A DNA stretch of 64,000 bases from an uncultured Candidatus Saccharibacteria bacterium (GTDB lineage Bacteria > Patescibacteriota > Minisyncoccia > UBA6257 > 2-01-FULL-56-20), in assembly GCA_964360585.1 (NCBI GenBank), contig CAYHXC010000002.1:5641-69640 (forward strand). The letters run 5' to 3'. A model generated the notes under the pieces. It had not been told where the DNA came from. It did not search any database and saw only the letters and a program-made list of their open reading frames with translations. A program made the translations under genes and the position numbers. Of this stretch, positions 18,407 through 27,247 are shown in pieces (position 1 is the first letter of the stretch; the number at the start of each line of letters is the position of its first letter).

Positions 18407-20269
18407 TTAATAATCAAAATTTGTCCGCTCGCCAAGCAGTACGACTTCTACACTATTCTCTAGTAAAAGCATTCTGAGCCTGAGAATATTTTCAAAATTA
18501 CTCATATCTTCAAGAATCCATGTAAGTAATTTCTTTTCAGGAAAAGAAGTGTGTATATATGTTTTCACAAACTCATGCATATCCGCTGGATAAGAAACGG
18601 CATCAGCTTCTGATTTCTGGACTTCGTCAATTAGGCTAAGTGAAGCAGTATACTTCTGAGAAGTATCCATTCCACCAATTGGCAAAATGGGCAAATAGTA
18701 AGAAGTGAATACGTGGGATTTAAAATGCGACAAAAAATCAGGATTGGAACTTTCAAGAATAAGCTGATTCCGTCTCATGCCATACTTCTGCATTAGGATA
18801 GAGAGTCGCTCTAAGGCATGCTTATAGTTTGTTTCATTTAAATTTTTAAAGTCCAGCCAAATTCGCTTTTGTTGCACATTGCCTATTTTTTTTAAGTAGT
18901 CATCCAAATACAACCCAATTGATGATTGTGGCGGGTGATAGATATCGAACTCATTCAATCTCTGATCAAAAACAACGTCAATTTCAAATCCTATATATTT
19001 TCCTTCAAACAATCTCATCTTCTGAATGGTGTTCGCTCGGTGCAAAAAAAGCTTCTCTTCAAACTGCGGGCCAGACAAAGTAGGTAACACATCTTTCCAT
19101 TTCTTGTCATAATCTACCTGAGCAATATATCTCCGTCGTTTCGTGTCGAGCAATGGATTAATTAAGCTCTTTTCTGATAGAAACTCTTGATACTGAACAT
19201 GAGATAAGTCTAATACTGTATGGGAAAAGTCGTCGTTCATATATGGTTGATCCAAAGCCATTTTGATGTGATTAGCGGTGGTGGGATACATACTCTTGTA
19301 TTGGTCGGAAAGCCAAATTATGAAAGGAACCTCGACCATATACCTGCTACCAATCGAATAGGTGTGCCCAAAGAAATCCCGGGCGTCGTAAACTTCTTCG
19401 CCATGGTCAGAGGAATATACAAGATAGGAAACAGTATTGATCTTCTTCAGTCGACTAATAAGCTGACTCACGACATAGTCATTGTAAAGAACAGCATTGT
19501 CGTAAGCATTGATAATCTCCTTCCTGCCATCATCCAAAAAACTTCGACCCTCTGTCTGCAAAGAGTCGTCATGGAACACCTCGAAGCTATCGGGATATCG
19601 ATCCTTATAGAAAAGGTGGGCCCCAATTAAGTGTAAAACTATCAGTTTTTTATCAATCTTCTCTTTCAACACTTGATCAAAAACGCCGAGCAACTCTTCA
19701 TCGTGTACATTTTTCTCAATAGAACCATTATTTCCCTGACTACTGAAGAACTGATAATCGGCCACCCCAGCAAGAGTCGAAACAGCAATGCCGTCAGCTT
19801 CTTGATTAGAGATCCAATATGTTTTGAATCCAGACGCCTTAAAAAGACTGAGGAGGTCTGGGGAGGTGAACCATTGATCATGAGCCTTCCCACTCCTCAA
19901 CGTCAACATAAGCGGCACGCTCACATGTGTATGAGTACTAGGACTGACTACATCCTTAAAAACATAGAGGCTGGTATCGCCTGAAAGGCATGGGTTTGTG
20001 TCTCTATAGTATCCATACAAACCCATGTGATTTCTGGCAGTACTTTCGCCAATCACAATGACGTAGGTAGCCTCTTTTTCGAAAAAGGAAACTTTTTCGG
20101 CGAGATTGAATTTTTCTATATTGAGAATAAGATTGCTTTTTGCAATTCTTTCTCTCTGATATCTTCTAAGGGCACTATAAATAACGTAGAAAGTATTATA
20201 TTTCTTATCCTTAAGATACTGGAAGGGGTTTAAGAACAAAACTCCTAAAAGAAATAGTACGATGATCAA
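18407..20269 (-). CDS. phosphoethanolamine transferase-like (EptA/CptA sulfatase domain) with extra C-terminal domain; N-terminus apparently split off
   Basis: VIVIGES, LHLIGAH, YDNAVLYND and SDHGE motifs. Confidence 0.8.
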   Translation of the reverse strand: MIIVLFLLGVLFLNPFQYLKDKKYNTFYVIYSALRRYQRERIAKSNLILNIEKFNLAEKVSFFEKEATYVIVIGESTARNHMGLYGYYRDTNPCLSGDTSLYVFKDVVSPSTHTHVSVPLMLTLRSGKAHDQWFTSPDLLSLFKASGFKTYWISNQEADGIAVSTLAGVADYQFFSSQGNNGSIEKNVHDEELLGVFDQVLKEKIDKKLIVLHLIGAHLFYKDRYPDSFEVFHDDSLQTEGRSFLDDGRKEIINAYDNAVLYNDYVVSQLISRLKKINTVSYLVYSSDHGEEVYDARDFFGHTYSIGSRYMVEVPFIIWLSDQYKSMYPTTANHIKMALDQPYMNDDFSHTVLDLSHVQYQEFLSEKSLINPLLDTKRRRYIAQVDYDKKWKDVLPTLSGPQFEEKLFLHRANTIQKMRLFEGKYIGFEIDVVFDQRLNEFDIYHPPQSSIGLYLDDYLKKIGNVQQKRIWLDFKNLNETNYKHALERLSILMQKYGMRRNQLILESSNPDFLSHFKSHVFTSYYLPILPIGGMDTSQKYTASLSLIDEVQKSEADAVSYPADMHEFVKTYIHTSFPEKKLLTWILEDMSNFENILRLRMLLLENSVEVVLLGERTNFDY

Positions 20270-20307
20270 TTTGAATTAAAGTTTAGATTAGTGACGAGAA
20301 TACGGGT

Positions 20308-20775
20308 TTAAACCGAAGGAAATATGAAAACAAAAAAAGGAAGTGCTAATACAAGGAGAATATACATCTGAAGGTCTGGATTGAAATAGCTGGCAAAAAA
20401 TTGCTTACTTTCGCGAAGATTCGTACCGAGGAAAACGAGAACAAATTCAGAAGTAAGTTTACTGCCAAAAATATAAAAGATATTCAGTTCGATATAGTCG
20501 AGTATAAAAAGAAATACAATGAAAAAACATAAGGACCAATACATGGTTGCCTGATCCAACTGCAAGGCAATTGTGAGTGTGGAAACAAAAACGAAAATAA
20601 AAATGAATCCAAAAGCTCCGAAATGAAGTGCTTTTAACTTATCGAGCCACCGCCGATAGACCAAAAAATTGGTCACGGATAAAAAGTAGAAAAGACAAAA
20701 GAAAATTTTCCAATCTCCGTAACTATAGAGCTCCTGACCAAAAAGCTGAACCTGATTCTGTAAAAGAAACATCAT
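20308..20775 (-). CDS. membrane protein, probable N-terminal TM part of the split phosphoethanolamine transferase
   Basis: Hydrophobic ORF with LGTNLRESKQF, resembling the EptA-family TNxxE motif. It ends 38 bp before the catalytic ORF. Confidence 0.55.
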   Translation of the reverse strand: MMFLLQNQVQLFGQELYSYGDWKIFFCLFYFLSVTNFLVYRRWLDKLKALHFGAFGFIFIFVFVSTLTIALQLDQATMYWSLCFFIVFLFILDYIELNIFYIFGSKLTSEFVLVFLGTNLRESKQFFASYFNPDLQMYILLVLALPFFVFIFPSV

Positions 20776-20863
20776 TTCCTAAAGTATATACCATAGAAAA
20801 CTGAGAAGACAAAAAAGCAGTATGCTTGAAAATACATCCTAACAAACTGTTTTAAAGCCTATT

Positions 20864-22186
20864 CTAATCTCCAACCGCAGCACAGAGAGCGCGAATGGCG
20901 CCGGAAGCAGTGCATCCAATGGATGACCGACTTGAGTCAAAAGCAGCCAAGCAAGCACCAGCAGTAGGCGCACCACAAAGTGTTTCTCCTGTGCCGTTCC
21001 CAACGGCAGTGAAGACATCGATACTCCCTGGATTACTCCGTCGTAAACGCAAAGCATTATTCGTCGGCGTAGAAATTTCTAACTTGGCCCCCGGATTAAT
21101 TGTGCCCATACCCACATTGCCGGTCCCTGCTTTTATAAATAATCTTCCGTCCCCTCCTGGTACTCCCGTTTCGACAAAGCTAAAGCCCCCACCGAATGCA
21201 GTGAAATGCCATTTATCGGCGCCAGCATTATCCTGAAGCTGAATCCAAGAAGATGCACCAGCTTTCGCCTTAATAGTCAGAGGTACAGGTGGGCGAGTTG
21301 GGCCTGAAGTACCGATGGCTACAGTATCTATACCCGTAGTAGTGAAAATTTTTGCCAGAACTGGGTCTTTATCCCAATAAGAAAATCCGGGAGTGCTGGA
21401 AACAAAGTTGACACAGGTTCCATCGGTCACAATTCCACCTTGGACTTTCTGCCCTGACAAAACCTGACCGGCAGTACAGCTCGGAGAAACACCACTGCCA
21501 GATGAAATAACACCTGAGACGCTCAAATTGCCAGTTACTGAAAGTGACTTACCAACCAAAACCAAGTTACCATTATCCGCAATATTACTATTTGTCAGTG
21601 TGGCACCAGTCGTATCCCACTTGGTCAAAAGATTAGCCGTCGCCGGAGCAATAAAACCAACTCCTCCGCCGGTTGATCCGCCGCCAACACAATTCTTCCA
21701 CTGACCACCGTCACGACAACGAAGATTCGTACCGTTGAAATAAATCATACCGGGACTCGTTACCACGCTTTCATTTATACCGCCGCCAATCTTGATCCCA
21801 CCATTCACGTCCAAACGTGCTAAAGGATCAGGTATGCCGCCGATACCGACAGATCGAGTTTGAGCCCCCACTACAATCGCATTATCTACTCCCGACTGAA
21901 CCAAGGACCAGTTCCCCAATCCGTTTGAAATGTGCCATTTTGTTGCTCCGCTACCATCTTTAAAACTCACGAGGCCACCAGATCCTTGAACTGTGAGTGG
22001 ACGATCCGGGGCTTGTGATGTTCCGATGCCAACGTTGCCCACTCCTAGGGCGGTGACTAAATTACTAGCTGCATCTAAAACCCAAGTTCCAGTCTGAGCC
22101 TGCGCTGGCGAAATCAGTTGTAATGAAAATACAGTCGCGAAAAAAACGAGTACTGCTGCCAAGCCAAAGAATAATCCTCTTTTCAT
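20864..22186 (-). CDS. secreted Gly/Thr-rich surface protein with GNVGIGT-type repeats
   Basis: Signal peptide ending AQA. Repeated GNVGIGT/SVGIG/GNVGMGT units and two similar KWH modules. Confidence 0.8.
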   Translation of the reverse strand: MKRGLFFGLAAVLVFFATVFSLQLISPAQAQTGTWVLDAASNLVTALGVGNVGIGTSQAPDRPLTVQGSGGLVSFKDGSGATKWHISNGLGNWSLVQSGVDNAIVVGAQTRSVGIGGIPDPLARLDVNGGIKIGGGINESVVTSPGMIYFNGTNLRCRDGGQWKNCVGGGSTGGGVGFIAPATANLLTKWDTTGATLTNSNIADNGNLVLVGKSLSVTGNLSVSGVISSGSGVSPSCTAGQVLSGQKVQGGIVTDGTCVNFVSSTPGFSYWDKDPVLAKIFTTTGIDTVAIGTSGPTRPPVPLTIKAKAGASSWIQLQDNAGADKWHFTAFGGGFSFVETGVPGGDGRLFIKAGTGNVGMGTINPGAKLEISTPTNNALRLRRSNPGSIDVFTAVGNGTGETLCGAPTAGACLAAFDSSRSSIGCTASGAIRALCAAVGD

Positions 22187-22567
22187 AGGTAATTAATGTG
22201 CACTAAGCGACTATACGTAAATTGTAACACCTTTTTCTTGAGAAATTGTCTAGATATCCACAGGAAGATTTCTCACATAATGAACTGCGAAGACAAAAAA
22301 TTCATATTCCCCTCCACGGTTTGATCCCTTCCTAAATAATGTGTGCTGACGGGAGGGAATCTCACGCGCTTCATCGAGCTACGCTCGACTTCGTTGAGAC
22401 TTTAGTGAAACGAGCAAGCAAGAAATCTGCGACTCAAGAGGCCCTTAATAATTTCAAATCTATGGAAATACTATATTCAAAAAAGTTCAGGGATGATGTA
22501 CCGAATTCTAGGACTAACCGAGGGAGTATTGCACAAAAATTCTGGTATGTTTAAATAGCTTCAAATT

Positions 22568-22639
22568 GCCGGCGTAGCTCAGTGGTAGAGCGGCGCTTTC
22601 ATAAGGCGAAGGTCGCAAGTTCAATTCTTGCCGCCGGCA
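22568..22639 (+). tRNA. tRNA with CAT anticodon (elongator Met or Ile2)
   Basis: GCCGGCG acceptor stem, TTCATAA loop and GCAAG-TTCAATT-CTTGC T arm. Confidence 0.9.
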
Positions 22640-22650
22640 CAAAATTTTTT

Positions 22651-22680
22651 TTGACAATTTCGCGAATTTCTCGGTATAAT
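22651..22680 (+). promoter_or_regulatory. sigma70 promoter of the downstream tRNA
   Basis: TTGACA-18nt-TATAAT. Confidence 0.65.
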
Positions 22681-22744
22681 GAGCCGCTAGAGTATCTCTT
22701 AAGATTCTTCCGTTTGATCGGAGTTTTAAGAGATGCTCTGTAAT

Positions 22745-22816
22745 CGCGGGGTGGTGGAAGGGTTACCATGCGAGCCCCATAAGCTCGTGGAGCCGGTTCG
22801 AGTCCGGCCCCCGCAA
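22745..22816 (+). tRNA. tRNA-Met(CAT), initiator-like but atypical
   Basis: CGCGGGG/CCCCGCA acceptor with C1xA72 mismatch. Anticodon arm CGAGC-CCCATAA-GCTCG. Confidence 0.85.
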
Positions 22817-23134
22817 CATAGAAATGCAGATGCCCCTTCGTGGGGCATTTGTGTTTCTATAATGTGAGCCGGACTCGAACACAAAAGGGGGTCGGGGAAA
22901 AGTTCTAGTTTTCCCCGTGTAGGAAAATATTAAAAACCGAGAGGTTTTTAAGGAGCGCAGCGACGTGAGATCGTCCGGCCTCTCTCCAACTTCCCCAACA
23001 GAAATTGAAAATTCAAAAGTTTAGTGTGCTATAATACTTTCCATGCCAGGCAGTGAGAATTTAATCGTATTCCTGGCTAAATCCTAACAATACGTCGACG
23101 CAGCTTAAAAAATATTAAATTTCTACTACTTGGC

Positions 23135-23938
23135 ATGCCAACAAAAAATAATAAAGAAAAGGAGGTTGCGGTGACTCAAGTGAAGGAAGTTGATTCGATC
23201 GTGAAGGATGTGTTGGGGCGAGACGGACGAGCAGAAAACCCCTATCTCATTCCCCTTTCGGTCATTGTCGCTGGCATAATTATTGCCCTCGCTGTTCTCT
23301 ATCGCGGCGATGCGCCCGCTGGTTCAGGTGGAAATGTCACAGTCGGCAAGACCTCAAAAGATATATTCTCGGCTATCGGCTTAAAACAGAAAGACATGGA
23401 AGCTTGTTTGGCCAAAAAACAATTTACGGCAAAAATTCAAGCGCAGACCGATGAAGCTGGGAAGGCGGGCGGTCAAGGAACGCCCTTTAGTGTCATTATC
23501 GCCGCAAACGGCAAGCGCACACCAATCTCTGGCGCATATCCCTACGAAGAAATAAAGAGGGTTATTGATGAAGCCTTGGCCGCGAATCCAAACACACCGC
23601 CCACAAAAGCGGAGATGGAAGATCCGGTCTACACTATGAGCGCCGTTTCTCCAAGCGATCATCTTCGAGGCGATCCCAATGCTCCGGTTAAAGTAGTCGA
23701 GTTTTCCGATCTCCAGTGTCCGTACTGCCAAGTGTTCCAGGGTGTTTTACAGCAAGTCATGGCTGAGTACGGCGCGGATGGCAAAGTGGCTTGGGCGTAC
23801 CGCCATTTTCCACTCAGCTCCATTCATTCCAAGGCTCTCCCTTGGGCTGAGGAAAGCGAATGCGCCGCTCAGGTTGGCGGACCAGAAAAGTTCTGGGAAT
23901 ATATTGACGTCCGTTTTCAGAATCAAAACGGCCAGTAG
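23135..23938 (+). CDS. membrane-anchored DsbA-family thiol:disulfide oxidoreductase (permuted domain order)
   Basis: EFSDLQCPYC and RHFPL motifs. The GTP..GAYPY segment lies upstream of them. Confidence 0.85.
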   Translation: MPTKNNKEKEVAVTQVKEVDSIVKDVLGRDGRAENPYLIPLSVIVAGIIIALAVLYRGDAPAGSGGNVTVGKTSKDIFSAIGLKQKDMEACLAKKQFTAKIQAQTDEAGKAGGQGTPFSVIIAANGKRTPISGAYPYEEIKRVIDEALAANPNTPPTKAEMEDPVYTMSAVSPSDHLRGDPNAPVKVVEFSDLQCPYCQVFQGVLQQVMAEYGADGKVAWAYRHFPLSSIHSKALPWAEESECAAQVGGPEKFWEYIDVRFQNQNGQ

Positions 23939-23999
23939 TCTTCAAGAGAGAGTCCCCAATACCCCTCTTGGCCTAACCAGCTAAGCGGGGCATTTTTAT

Positions 24000-24126
24000 C
24001 CCCCACCTAATTGGAAACAGCCGTTTTCAAACGGCGTGATTTTAACGCTATGGACGCCTCTTGATAAATACAATGATTTTCATATTTGCCGATGTTGATC
24101 GGATATTTTTTCAATTAGGTGCGGGG
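24000..24126. mobile_element. MITE-like element upstream of murD
   Basis: CCCCCACCTAATTG ... CAATTAGGTGCGGGG with near-duplicated flanks TTTTAT/ATTTAT. Confidence 0.65.
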
Positions 24127-24176
24127 ATTTATCGCGCAGTAGAAATTCGTGAGAGCCCATGCTTTACTTCATATAT

Positions 24177-25445
24177 ATGAAAGTTGCCATCCTAGGCTTT
24201 AGTCGCGAAGGTGTCTCCACGCTCCGTTTTTTGAAAAAACAAAAAATGGTTTTTGGCCGACCACAAAAAGAAGCGGACTACTGGATCTTGGATCAAAACA
24301 AGATACAGGCACCGCGCGGCATAAAAACACAAACCGGAAAACATTATTTAGATCATCTAGAAGATTTTGACATTGTCGTTCGCTCCCCTGGCATCCCCTA
24401 TCTCAAAAAAGAGTTAGTCACTGCCCGCAAAAAAGGTGTCCAATTCACGAGTCTTACAAAATTATTTTTCGACCATTGTCCGGCAAAAGTTATCGGCATC
24501 ACAGGGACACGAGGCAAAGGCACCGTGGCGACAATGCTTTATCGAATCCTTAAAGCCGCCGGAAAAGATACATATCTTTTAGGAAATATCGGTACCCCCG
24601 CCCTTGATCTTCTTCCTCGTTTAAAGAAAACATCTCTCGTTATTTACGAACTCTCTAGTTTTCAGCTCCAGGATATGACTGTCTCTCCGGAGATTGCTAT
24701 TGTCCTCCGTATCTCGCCCGACCATCTTGATGCTCATAAAGATTTCAAAGAGTACACCGAAGCAAAATCAGAGATCGCTCGTTATCAAAGGAAAAATAAT
24801 TCTATTTTCTACATAGCGGAAGATCGAGTCGCTTCTCGCATCGCCAACAAAAGTTCGGCAAAAAAAATACCGGTCTCTTTAAAAAACTTTTCTCTTTTCC
24901 CGAGTTCGCTTCTTTATCTTGATGCTCCTCATCTTTTTGAAAATGCTGTAGTAGCCACTCGTGTCGCTCAGCACGTAGGCGTATCGATTAGTGTGATCAA
25001 AAAAGCTCTTCACACTTTTCCAGGAAATGAGTTCCGCCTCCAGTCCCTTGGGATAAAAAAAGGAGTACGATATTTTAACGATTCCGCCGCTAATAGTCCT
25101 TTAGGAACCATGGCTGCGCTTAAAAGTTTTAGGACGCCGATCGTTTTGATAACCGGAGGGAAGGATAAGGGTATCGATTATCAACCACTAGCCCAAGCCA
25201 TTAATAAGGCTGATATTCGGAGCGTTATTCTTATCGGGGAAATCAAAGGACGGTTGCAAAAATGGATTCGGAAACCCGGCAGCACTACTGGATCACTGAA
25301 AGCCGCGGTAGCTCTTGCTCAAAAGCAAGCGGAAGAAAATGATGTTATTTTATTTTCTCCTGGGACTTCCAGCTTTGACATGTTTCAAGACTACGAAGAT
25401 CGTGGCCGACAGTTTACTAAGATAGTTCGCTCTCTTCCCTCATGA
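24177..25445 (+). CDS. murD: UDP-N-acetylmuramoyl-L-alanine--glutamate ligase (MurD/MurD2)
   Basis: RSPGIP, GITGTRGKGT, ELSSFQL, DHLD and SFDMF motifs. Confidence 0.9.
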   Translation: MKVAILGFSREGVSTLRFLKKQKMVFGRPQKEADYWILDQNKIQAPRGIKTQTGKHYLDHLEDFDIVVRSPGIPYLKKELVTARKKGVQFTSLTKLFFDHCPAKVIGITGTRGKGTVATMLYRILKAAGKDTYLLGNIGTPALDLLPRLKKTSLVIYELSSFQLQDMTVSPEIAIVLRISPDHLDAHKDFKEYTEAKSEIARYQRKNNSIFYIAEDRVASRIANKSSAKKIPVSLKNFSLFPSSLLYLDAPHLFENAVVATRVAQHVGVSISVIKKALHTFPGNEFRLQSLGIKKGVRYFNDSAANSPLGTMAALKSFRTPIVLITGGKDKGIDYQPLAQAINKADIRSVILIGEIKGRLQKWIRKPGSTTGSLKAAVALAQKQAEENDVILFSPGTSSFDMFQDYEDRGRQFTKIVRSLPS

Positions 25446-26797
25446 CCTACTCCGTACTTCGCAAAAAGCATACGACCTTCACTTACGAATCCTACTCTTA
25501 CTATATTGAAGGAAAAGATCTCGTTATTAGATTTATTTTCTCTCTTTCACCAAGCATCGCCTTCAAGCCAGTTGTCGTTATAAAAAGTATTGATCCAAAA
25601 CGGATACAGAATCTCGATCAAGATATCCTCGATAACTTTATTTTTCATTTAGGTTTGGCAGAAATTCCTAGCTACTGGAAAGCGGCAGTGAGTCCGAAAA
25701 TTCACATCAAGGCCGGATATCTTTCTTCTTCTCAAATTCGCTGGTGGCAGGAACTTATCGAGAATGGTCTCGGCGAGTTTTTCTATGTAAATAAAATTCC
25801 TTATACAAAGAACTTCGTAAAAATAAAAACGGCCAATGCCTCGAAAAAACTCGCTCTAAGAAAACTCGAACTGAAAAACCGCTATCTCGTCCCCATGGGA
25901 GGCGGGAAAGATTCGTTTATAACCGCCGAACTTATTAAAAAATCGAATAATGAATTTCGAACGTTTGTTATGGGCAATGTTCCCGCTGCCGAAAATGCTA
26001 GTCGCGCAGTCTCGTCACTTTCTCCCATTCGCGTTACACGAACAATCGATCCCCAGCTCATTGCTCTGAACAAAAAGGGGTACTTGAACGGTCATACGCC
26101 CTTTTCAAGCTACCTCGCATTCGTAAGCGTCCTTACTGCTTTTCTTTTCGACTATCGTCATATCGCTATTTCTCAAGAACAGAGCTCGAACGAAGGAAAT
26201 ATTAAAGTTGGTAAAAAAGTTATCAATCACCAGTACTCAAAAAGTTTCGAGTTTGAAAAAGCATTTCGGGAGTATGTAAGTCGGTATCTCTCTCCCGATA
26301 TTAGTTTCTTCAGTTTTCTCCGTCCGCTCCACGAACTACAGATTGCCGCCCTCTTTTCTCAGTATCCTCAATATCTTTCTATCTTTAGAAGCTGTAATGT
26401 AAATCTGAAACAAAATACCTGGTGTGGAACATGTGCCAAGTGTTTCACGATTTATCTCCTCCTTGCGCCATTTCTACAAGAAAAAACAATGCGTACAATA
26501 TTTAAAAAAAACCTTCTCGATGATCCAGATCTCTGGAAATATATCCCTGACTTCTTAGGAAAAACATCTCATCGTTCGTTTGACTGCATTGCTTCAGCAA
26601 AAGAAACAAAAATGGCCCTAGACCTAATCATTAAAAAATATAAGGACAATAATCAATCCCTCCCCTCGCTCCTAGGGCGATGTATAAAAGAATTCCATCC
26701 TAAAAAACAAAATGGGCAGCAATTTCTTCGATCCTGGAATCAACATCATTTCCTCCCAAAATCTCTTGCAATAGAACTCCATAAAGCAATTTCCTAG
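25442..26797 (+). CDS. murL: UDP-MurNAc-L-Ala-L-Glu epimerase (MurL-like)
   Basis: GGGKDS, LNGHTP, NHQYSKS, SCN and WCGTCAKC motifs, translationally coupled to murD. Confidence 0.75.
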   Translation: MTYSVLRKKHTTFTYESYSYYIEGKDLVIRFIFSLSPSIAFKPVVVIKSIDPKRIQNLDQDILDNFIFHLGLAEIPSYWKAAVSPKIHIKAGYLSSSQIRWWQELIENGLGEFFYVNKIPYTKNFVKIKTANASKKLALRKLELKNRYLVPMGGGKDSFITAELIKKSNNEFRTFVMGNVPAAENASRAVSSLSPIRVTRTIDPQLIALNKKGYLNGHTPFSSYLAFVSVLTAFLFDYRHIAISQEQSSNEGNIKVGKKVINHQYSKSFEFEKAFREYVSRYLSPDISFFSFLRPLHELQIAALFSQYPQYLSIFRSCNVNLKQNTWCGTCAKCFTIYLLLAPFLQEKTMRTIFKKNLLDDPDLWKYIPDFLGKTSHRSFDCIASAKETKMALDLIIKKYKDNNQSLPSLLGRCIKEFHPKKQNGQQFLRSWNQHHFLPKSLAIELHKAIS

Positions 26798-26836
26798 CTT
26801 GAATTCTCTCTCTAGGACGAGTACAATCGTCCTTAT

Positions 26837-27142
26837 ATGGCTTCTCCTATTAACCAAAAGGTACTGAAACACCTAGCGGGCCTGGCTCGGATCGAACTCT
26901 CCGAACGCGAGGAGAAAAAGCTCCTTGACGATCTCCGGTCTATCCTAGCCTATTTTGAAAAACTGGAAGAAGTCGACACGACCGACGTTCCGGCCATGAA
27001 CGGCGGCACCACGCTCCAAAATATCTTTCGCGAAGATAGCGAACGAATCGATACGCAAAAACAGCATGGCGTCGAGAGCTTTCCCGAAGAAGTCGGTGGT
27101 TTTTTGAAAGTTCCCTCTGTTTTCAATCATGATTCCCGTTAG
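26837..27142 (+). CDS. gatC: Asp-tRNA(Asn)/Glu-tRNA(Gln) amidotransferase subunit C
   Basis: HLAGLARI, NIFRED and LKVPSV motifs, upstream of gatA. Confidence 0.92.
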   Translation: MASPINQKVLKHLAGLARIELSEREEKKLLDDLRSILAYFEKLEEVDTTDVPAMNGGTTLQNIFREDSERIDTQKQHGVESFPEEVGGFLKVPSVFNHDSR

Positions 27143-27247
27143 AGATGCCCAGCTATGATTTACACAACTATTTTAGAACAAACATATCCCTTCAGAAAAA
27201 GCCGGTCAATTTAAACAACGGAAATAATATTTCCTATCTCTAACGGG
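27135..27247. mobile_element. MITE-like element at the gatA start codon
   Basis: TIR CCCGTTAGAGAT/ATCTCTAACGGG with flanks ATGATT/ATGATC. Confidence 0.8.

Noticed and set aside
20864-22186. Prophage tail fibre
   Set aside because: The protein has a signal peptide and no phage genes are nearby, so it is more likely a cellular surface protein.
22342-22400. Possible tRNA on the minus strand (tgctgacgggagggaatc)
   Set aside because: Only an acceptor/T-stem-like fragment is present and no cloverleaf can be built.
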